64,000 nucleotides of DNA from an uncultured delta proteobacterium. GTDB taxonomy: Bacteria > Myxococcota > UBA727 > VGSZ01. The DNA lies in NCBI GenBank assembly GCA_963775425.1, contig CAVZJB010000009.1, forward strand, positions 1-64,000, given 5' to 3'. Each line of letters begins with the position of its first letter. Positions within the stretch are counted from its first letter, which is position 1. Made by a program: the position numbers and the translations under genes. The notes under the pieces are model-generated. The model was not told the origin of the DNA. It ran no database searches and was given only the letters and a program-made list of their open reading frames with translations. Of this stretch, positions 58,255 through 64,000 are shown in pieces.

Positions 58255-59964
58255 ATGCCGACCACCTTCATTGCCCCAACGAGCGGCGTGCTGCTCGAGT
58301 TCATGAGCGACGCGCTGGACCTCGCCATTCCGCGAAAGGGATGGCGCACGCTGAACAAATTTCTCGATGGCGAGCGCGTGCTCGAGAAGGAGGCCTACGA
58401 CGTCTTGCGGGTAATCGCCGAGGAGCTCGTGAAGGAGACAGAAATCGTCCGCATTCCGGTGAAGCTCAACGCCGAGGCAGTGCATGGGCTCCTCATCGAG
58501 AACTCGCGTTTCTGGGACAGGTTTGTCGGCCAGTCGGACAAGGAGCTGTTGCGACTGCTCGAGAAGCACCCGTACGTGCGTCGTGCGTTTGCGCGGCTGC
58601 TGATGGTCGATGTCGCGCTACGCGTCGCGGGCTTTCGGTTCGCAGCCGGGCTCCCGACTGTCGAGGATTTCTACTTCGACAAGAAGCGCGGCGACTTGGT
58701 GGTCTCGGCCATCAAGGGCAGAGGCACGCGTGATCAGGTCGCCGGGGCGATCGACGTTCACCCGACGACCCTTGACGAGTGGTGCAGTGACGGGCTGCCG
58801 GACAAGGAGAGCATCAAGAAGCTCGCGCGGTTCCTCGCGAGGGAAGAGGAGGCAGGAGAGACGCCGAAGCAGCTCGAGTGGCGGGGGCGACTTCTGCGCC
58901 ACCGGGCAGCTTGGCGACTCTACGACCTCGTGCGGGACGTGTTCTCATCGTGCGAGGAGGACCAGCGGTTCTTCCAAGACCTCCCCCAGAACGTCGTGTA
59001 CCTCGTGAACTGCTTCACCAAGTGGTTCGAGGCGACCGCGAACGTCGACGTCCCCGGGGAGGCGAAAGACCCGGAGCGCTTCAAGTGGTTCGTTCTCGGC
59101 TACGGGCTCGAAGGACGCAACAAGCCGATGCTCGACGAGCCGCATGGCGAACATGCGACGGTCACGAGGCGAGGCGTCGCCAAGTACCTCGACGATGAGC
59201 ATCTCCGCGAGGCGTTGATGGCGGATGACATTGTGTACACGCAGAGCCACGCGGAGGCGCTTGCTGGCACTCTGGAGATGTTGCGGATGCACCGAGCCGT
59301 TGGCTTTCCAATCGCTCTGCTCGAGGTGATGTTCGGCTTTCATCAGGAGGCGGTCTGGGACGGGACCGGTGGCCTCGTTCCGGTCGGGACGCCGCCGGGA
59401 GAGCCGCGCCTCGCGATGTTGCTCGCCGACGCCCACGGGAAGAGAACGAACGGCGACGTCGAGGGTGCGCGCGCGCTGTACGAGTCGGCAGCGAAGGAGT
59501 TCCCTGAAAGCGGAGTCGCTCGCTTGCGGCTCGCAGCGCACCTTGGCGAGACTGGCCACATCGATGAGGCGCTGCGGCAGTGCAGCGAAGCCGTGGCGCT
59601 CGTGCCCGGGTACGTCGTCGCGCGCGAAGAGCTCGGGGCGCTTCTGTTACAAGCGGAGCGTCCACTTGAAGCGCGGGCGGTCCTCCTGGCGGCGCTCGAC
59701 CTCGTTGGCGGCGAAGCGACCGCGTCGGCGGAGCACCTCTATCAGCTTGGCGTGGCGCACTTGATGATTGACGAAGACGCGAATGCGAAGGAGGCGGATC
59801 GTGTTCTCTCGCTCGCGGTGGAGCGCGCCCCGCGCGACAGCATGTTGCTCGCGGCGGCGGCGACCGCCGCCGCTCTCGCTGGCGATCGATGGCGAGGAAT
59901 CGATAGCCAGCGAGAGGCCACGTTTCGTGGACTGAAGATCGAGCTGCCAAGGCGAAAGCGCTGA
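58255..59964 (+). CDS. HTH plus TPR-repeat protein
   Basis: TRDQVAGAIDVHPTTLDEW HTH; C-terminal TPRs (GDVEGARALYE, GHIDEALRQCSEAVALVP). Confidence 0.75.
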   Translation: MPTTFIAPTSGVLLEFMSDALDLAIPRKGWRTLNKFLDGERVLEKEAYDVLRVIAEELVKETEIVRIPVKLNAEAVHGLLIENSRFWDRFVGQSDKELLRLLEKHPYVRRAFARLLMVDVALRVAGFRFAAGLPTVEDFYFDKKRGDLVVSAIKGRGTRDQVAGAIDVHPTTLDEWCSDGLPDKESIKKLARFLAREEEAGETPKQLEWRGRLLRHRAAWRLYDLVRDVFSSCEEDQRFFQDLPQNVVYLVNCFTKWFEATANVDVPGEAKDPERFKWFVLGYGLEGRNKPMLDEPHGEHATVTRRGVAKYLDDEHLREALMADDIVYTQSHAEALAGTLEMLRMHRAVGFPIALLEVMFGFHQEAVWDGTGGLVPVGTPPGEPRLAMLLADAHGKRTNGDVEGARALYESAAKEFPESGVARLRLAAHLGETGHIDEALRQCSEAVALVPGYVVAREELGALLLQAERPLEARAVLLAALDLVGGEATASAEHLYQLGVAHLMIDEDANAKEADRVLSLAVERAPRDSMLLAAAATAAALAGDRWRGIDSQREATFRGLKIELPRRKR

Positions 59965-60011
59965 TGGACGTGATCCCACAGCGGTTTCGCTGGCGACCCA
60001 TTCCACGCTGT

Positions 60012-60515
60012 TCAGGCGGCAGCGTTGCGCTTGCGGACCACGGTGCGCGCGGTCGCGGCCGGTGCAGAGGCCGGGTTGTCCGCGGGCGACGGGTCGGTAC
60101 GGGGCGGGGCATCGCGTCGGGGGCGCATCTGGAATCGCGCCTTCGGCCCCTCTCGCACGCCGTCATCGACGATGAGGCTCAGCGAGGCGTCCTTGTTCGT
60201 GAAGCCGACGCCGACCCGCTTCCACTCGTTCGGCGCGCCGTTGACCTCCGCAACCAGGAAGAGCTCGTGCGTGGGGAACCTCTTCGGGTCGGCGCCCTCG
60301 TTCAGCGGGCGCTTGTCGCGGTCGATGCGGCGGAGCTGGAGCCGCTTCGGCTCGGGGAGCCCAGGTTGGTAGAGCAGCACCGAGTGGCTGCCGTCGCGGT
60401 TCTCGAACGCGGCACCCACCCGGTTCCAGAACGCCTTCTGTCCCTCACGTTGCTGCACATCGAACAGCTCGTGCGTAGGCAGCTTCTTGATCGTCATCGC
60501 TGTGGTCGTCGTCAT
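60012..60515 (-). CDS. Protein with two tandem DUF736-like repeats
   Basis: PTHELF...W.RVG..F.N.D.S.S occurs twice. Confidence 0.7.
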   Translation of the reverse strand: MTTTTAMTIKKLPTHELFDVQQREGQKAFWNRVGAAFENRDGSHSVLLYQPGLPEPKRLQLRRIDRDKRPLNEGADPKRFPTHELFLVAEVNGAPNEWKRVGVGFTNKDASLSLIVDDGVREGPKARFQMRPRRDAPPRTDPSPADNPASAPAATARTVVRKRNAAA

Positions 60516-60636
60516 CGGCTTCTCCTGCGGGACGTGTCTCGTCGTCCCTTCGCCGCAGAGAGGGGCGACGAGAACACGCTCACAGGTGCCGAAGGCGAGG
60601 TCGTAGGGAGCAGGTGCAGTGGCGGTCACCGGGCGG

Positions 60637-61252
60637 CTACTTGCGGCGTGCCTTCCACTTTCGCACCGCAAGGTTCGTCCGCCCGAAGCGCTCGAGTGCG
60701 TTCTTGGCCATGTCGGGCCTGAACCTGGACGACGCGGAGAGGTGCACTCCGTTCCGGAGTTTCCTGAGAATCGGTCAGCTCACGCGTCAGCGCACCGCTG
60801 AGGAGTTTTTCCTCCGACGCGACCGCGATCAACCACGCGAATGAGATTCGGTTCTTGACGAAGTCGTCGCGGGGCTTGGCGGACCACGCGATCTTCCTTT
60901 GAAGTCTCTTGTAGTCTGCAAACTGCCACATCTGACCGGTGAGATGCCCGTTGGCGATTCCCCAGGAGATCGCCTCGCCGAGCAGCCCCTCGGTCGCTGC
61001 CGCGTAGTCGATGACTTGGGTCCGAATGTGGGCGGCGCGTTCTTGGGGTTCCGCAAGCGCCGCGAGGCCGAGCTTGTACATCCATCGTGCACCATAGACG
61101 CACTCCGCGAGGACCCGCCGAAACTCGATGTCTATGATGTGGTCGAGGTCCTTCATCGTCTCATCGACGCTCGCGATGTCCTTGCGCGCAAACGCGCGGA
61201 GTCCGTCGACGAAGATCTGGCCAAACTGTTCCTGGATCATGCGGTCCGACAT
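60637..61252 (-). CDS. Putative HEPN-like protein (frameshift near 60770)
   Basis: Removing one base gives ...ELTD-LRKLRNGVHLS...KWKARRK*. Confidence 0.6.
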
Positions 61253-61333
61253 TGCGCCCCCTGGATTCATCGCAGCTGCGACCTTCGGATGCTGTGGTCG
61301 AATCTTGATGATCGTTCTTGTTCTTGCAGGATA

Positions 61334-61509
61334 GCCAGCGACCTCCGGCCGCCCGTCGCGAAGCGACACACGGCTCTGCCGTGTGCGGCCGGCGATGGCG
61401 AGGACGCTGTTGCGGACTTGCCTCGCGTGCCGGCCCGTCGCGTCAGCGACACCCGAAGGGTGCCGGCAGACGAAACCCCTTGTTGGGGGTGAGTCTGGAG
61501 GTCGCTGGC
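61334..61509. ncRNA. Candidate structured RNA or ssDNA element
   Basis: 13-bp closing IR GCCAGCGACCTCC / GGAGGTCGCTGGC encloses four hairpins, one with a cUUCGg loop on the minus strand. Confidence 0.4.
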
Positions 61510-61589
61510 ACCACGTCAGTACGTGTCACATGCTTTGGATGCGGTGGTTTAGCTCCTCGGAAAGTGTCGCATGTGCCTCCCCATTGTTC

Positions 61590-61613
61590 TGACAGCAATT
61601 GACACCAATTGAC
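61590..61613. promoter_or_regulatory. 10-bp-phased TGAC(A) repeats
   Basis: TGACAGCAAT-TGACACCAAT-TGAC. Confidence 0.45.
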
Positions 61614-61726
61614 GGGACGCTGGCGTCCGCCTCGATCGCCGTCGTCGATGGCCGGAAACGAGAAAAGGCGGCGCCCGATGGGTGCGCCGCCTCTTCTTCC
61701 GCGTTCACGATGCAGCGGAGCGCTCG

Positions 61727-62737
61727 CTACGGAGCGATCAGCAGGGTCTTGAACCCGAAGCCGGCGAGCGCGCGGGTGAGCTGCGCGGCGAGCTCGCCGC
61801 GCCCGGCGGTGGACAGCCTGCCGGCCTGGCGGAGGTCGACGACGCACCTGTCGGCGGTGACGACGACGGGTGGTTGCTCGCTTCGCGCCTCGTCGTTGCC
61901 GATGCTGCCGCGCGGGCGCGGGTCCTTCGCGCGGGCGATCTCCTCGCGGAGCCGGCGCTTGCTCCACCCCTCGGCCGCGCACGCGAAGGCGAGGCGCTTC
62001 GTCGTCTTCTCGGCCTGCGGCTTGAACTGCTCGCCGCCGAGCTCCTCGAGCTGGAGCGCGTCGCTCTCCCGCATCACGTTGTAGAGCGCGAGCAGCTCCG
62101 TGAGGTCGGTGAACTGGAGGCCGGGGTACTTGTGCACCTCGATCACGGGCTTCTTCGTCTTCGCATCGAGGACGACCTCTCCGGCGTCGTCAACCTTCTT
62201 GCGCGGCACCTTCACCTCCCTCGCGTAGTCGCGGAACCACTCCGGAGAATTGGCGAGCTGGAGGTAGCGGTTGAGGTTGCGCTTGGTCCAGCCGAGGCTC
62301 TCCGCGAGCTGCGCCGCCTTCACGCCCGAGGAAACCGCGCGCGCCACCGCATCGGCGATCTCGGCCGCGCTCAGGTCGCTGCGGTTGAGGTTCTCGGCGA
62401 GCTGGAGCACGGGGACGGCCGCGTCGTCGACGTCCACCGCGACAGCAGCGACGCGCGCGAAGCGTTTGTCCTTGGGGTGCTCCTGCGCGAGCTCGCTGAG
62501 CGCCTGGAAGCGGCGATGCCCGCCGATAATCTCGTAGACGTCGCCGCGCGGGCGCACGACAATCGGCTGCAAGAGACCGTTCGCCAGGATGCTCTTCTTG
62601 AGCTCGTCGAAGGGCTCCCTCTCGAGGTTCAGCCGCGGGTTCGTCTCCGAGGGTGCGACCTGCTCGAAGGGAAGGTGCAAGAGCTCACGGGGCAGCTCGG
62701 GGATGGTCGTCTTGCTCGTCGTCTGCTCTTCAATCAT
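61727..62737 (-). CDS. ParB/RepB/Spo0J-family protein
   Basis: NPR, SILANGLLQPIVV, IGGHRRFQA, ENLNRSDLS, HTH. Confidence 0.9.
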   Translation of the reverse strand: MIEEQTTSKTTIPELPRELLHLPFEQVAPSETNPRLNLEREPFDELKKSILANGLLQPIVVRPRGDVYEIIGGHRRFQALSELAQEHPKDKRFARVAAVAVDVDDAAVPVLQLAENLNRSDLSAAEIADAVARAVSSGVKAAQLAESLGWTKRNLNRYLQLANSPEWFRDYAREVKVPRKKVDDAGEVVLDAKTKKPVIEVHKYPGLQFTDLTELLALYNVMRESDALQLEELGGEQFKPQAEKTTKRLAFACAAEGWSKRRLREEIARAKDPRPRGSIGNDEARSEQPPVVVTADRCVVDLRQAGRLSTAGRGELAAQLTRALAGFGFKTLLIAP

Positions 62738-63731
62738 GCATTGCCTCCAGGTTCTTCAGGAACGCGAGGTGTTCACGCCTCGCGAGGGGACCGAGCACCA
62801 GCTTCGGCATCGGGAGCACGGCCAAGGGATCGACGGGGATGCCGGCGAGGTGGAGCTCGTAGTGGAGATGAGGGCCGGTCGACCGGCCCGTGTTGCCGCT
62901 GTCGGCGATGTGCTGACCCTGCTCGACGATGCTCCCGACGTGAAGCGCTTCGTCGCTGCGGTCGAGGTGGAGATAGAACGACTCGTAGCCGTCGGCGTGC
63001 GCGAGCTTGATGAAGTTGCCCGACTCCTTCGAGGAGCCGATGGCGGCGACGCGTCCGCGACCGACGGCGACAACGGACGTTCCGCGCGGCACGCCGTAGT
63101 CGATGCCGTGGTGGGTGTCGGCCTTGCCGTTGAACGCGTCGAAGCGGTCGCCGAAGCGTGAGGTGATGCGGCGCAAGCGCACTGGACGCGCGAGGAGGGT
63201 GCCGGTCATGAGCCGCCCATCGGCATCGTAGAAGCCGCGCGGTGCGCGTGTTCCGGCGTAGAGCGCGGCGAAGATCGACCGGTCCGCACCGAGCTCGAGC
63301 TTCGCGGCGACGAGCGTCTCATCGCGTATCCAGAGCGAGAGCCGCCGCCCGACTCGCGCATGGGCGAAGAGGTCGATGCGCCCCACGAAGGCGTCGTCGA
63401 TTGCGTCGGCGAGCGTCGTCGACTCGACGCCAGCACGGCGGAGCGCACCGTCGATGCCGTCGCCCGCGAGGACGAAGTCGCGGCGTGAGACGCCGGCGTC
63501 CCGCGAGTCGCGGCGCGAGACGCCGGCGTCCCGCACCTCCTCCGCCTGGTGCAACACGCCGGGCACCCACGCCACGAGAGGGTCGGGGGCGTGCGGCACG
63601 GAGTGCTCAGGAAGGTGCGCGCTCGCCGCACGCACATCGTCACGACACGCCGCGAGGAGGACGGCGGTCGCGATGGCGAGGAGGTTCTTCCTCGCCTTCG
63701 ACGTGCGGCGGCGAGCGCGCGGAGCGTTCAC
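62730..63731 (-). CDS. M23 metallopeptidase, probable lipoprotein
   Basis: HHGIDY, YLHL, GNTGRSTGPHLHYE; lipobox LLAAC; GTG start overlaps the upstream stop. Confidence 0.88.
   Translation of the reverse strand: MNAPRARRRTSKARKNLLAIATAVLLAACRDDVRAASAHLPEHSVPHAPDPLVAWVPGVLHQAEEVRDAGVSRRDSRDAGVSRRDFVLAGDGIDGALRRAGVESTTLADAIDDAFVGRIDLFAHARVGRRLSLWIRDETLVAAKLELGADRSIFAALYAGTRAPRGFYDADGRLMTGTLLARPVRLRRITSRFGDRFDAFNGKADTHHGIDYGVPRGTSVVAVGRGRVAAIGSSKESGNFIKLAHADGYESFYLHLDRSDEALHVGSIVEQGQHIADSGNTGRSTGPHLHYELHLAGIPVDPLAVLPMPKLVLGPLARREHLAFLKNLEAMHD
63487..63534. repeat. REP-like palindrome GAGACGCCGGCGTCCCGC x2 (30-bp period) inside the M23 gene
   Basis: Encodes RDAGVSRRD twice; the same core occurs at 8084 and 8162. 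Confidence 0.6.
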
Positions 63732-64000
63732 GCCAGATCTCGCGCGAGCTCGTCGGAGACGTTCTGCCACTGCGCGCGCTTCGGATCGGCGAGGCACTCG
63801 AGCTCCTCGCGCGCGTGCGCCAGCACGAGCGCCTCGCGCTGGTTCGGCGCGGACGGCGCCACCGCCACGCGCACGCTCGCCTCGATGGCGTCCTTGCGCA
63901 GGTCGGCGAGGCCCGTCTCGAGCGGCGGGTAGCGTTCGAGGCGGGAGCGGCCCTCGGCCTCGATCTCCTTCATCTGCTCGCGCGGCATGTCCCAGAGATC
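63728..64000 (-). CDS. Hypothetical protein, probably entering from beyond the window
   Basis: Frame open to the window edge; stop overlaps the M23 start. Confidence 0.55.
   Translation of the reverse strand, partial: DLWDMPREQMKEIEAEGRSRLERYPPLETGLADLRKDAIEASVRVAVAPSAPNQREALVLAHAREELECLADPKRAQWQNVSDELARDLA

Overview
GC-rich (Myxococcota-like) accessory DNA with no housekeeping genes. A 45-bp 3' fragment of tRNA-Pro(TGG) at 4962-5006 (-) marks the edge of a tRNA-integrated island that probably extends past the right end of the window. The island carries dense defence-type cargo: (i) an ART-like protein and a nitrilase/wHTH/PRTase cluster; (ii) a Cas2/VapD-like, HNH and wHTH-regulator unit followed by a two-gene ubiquitin-like system (Ubl-E2 fusion plus JAB-E1 fusion); (iii) HigBA with an ImmA-type peptidase; (iv) a WYL remnant and an IS66-split ASCH/Cc1-like/HEPN gene; (v) an AddB/AddA-like helicase-nuclease pair overlapping a type 1 BREX operon (brxA-brxB-brxC-pglX-pglZ-brxL), followed by GmrSD-like, orphan CARF and truncated phosphatase genes. 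The right end is ICE/plasmid-like backbone (two ParB genes, M23 peptidase, TPR protein, a frameshifted HEPN gene behind a structured leader). Mobile elements: two IS21, two complete IS66 plus one remnant, and a four-gene DDE/ExeA element. Single-base frameshifts between about 32 and 61 kb may be assembly indels. No CRISPR array, rRNA or intact tRNA was seen. All family assignments are from motif recognition, not database searches.
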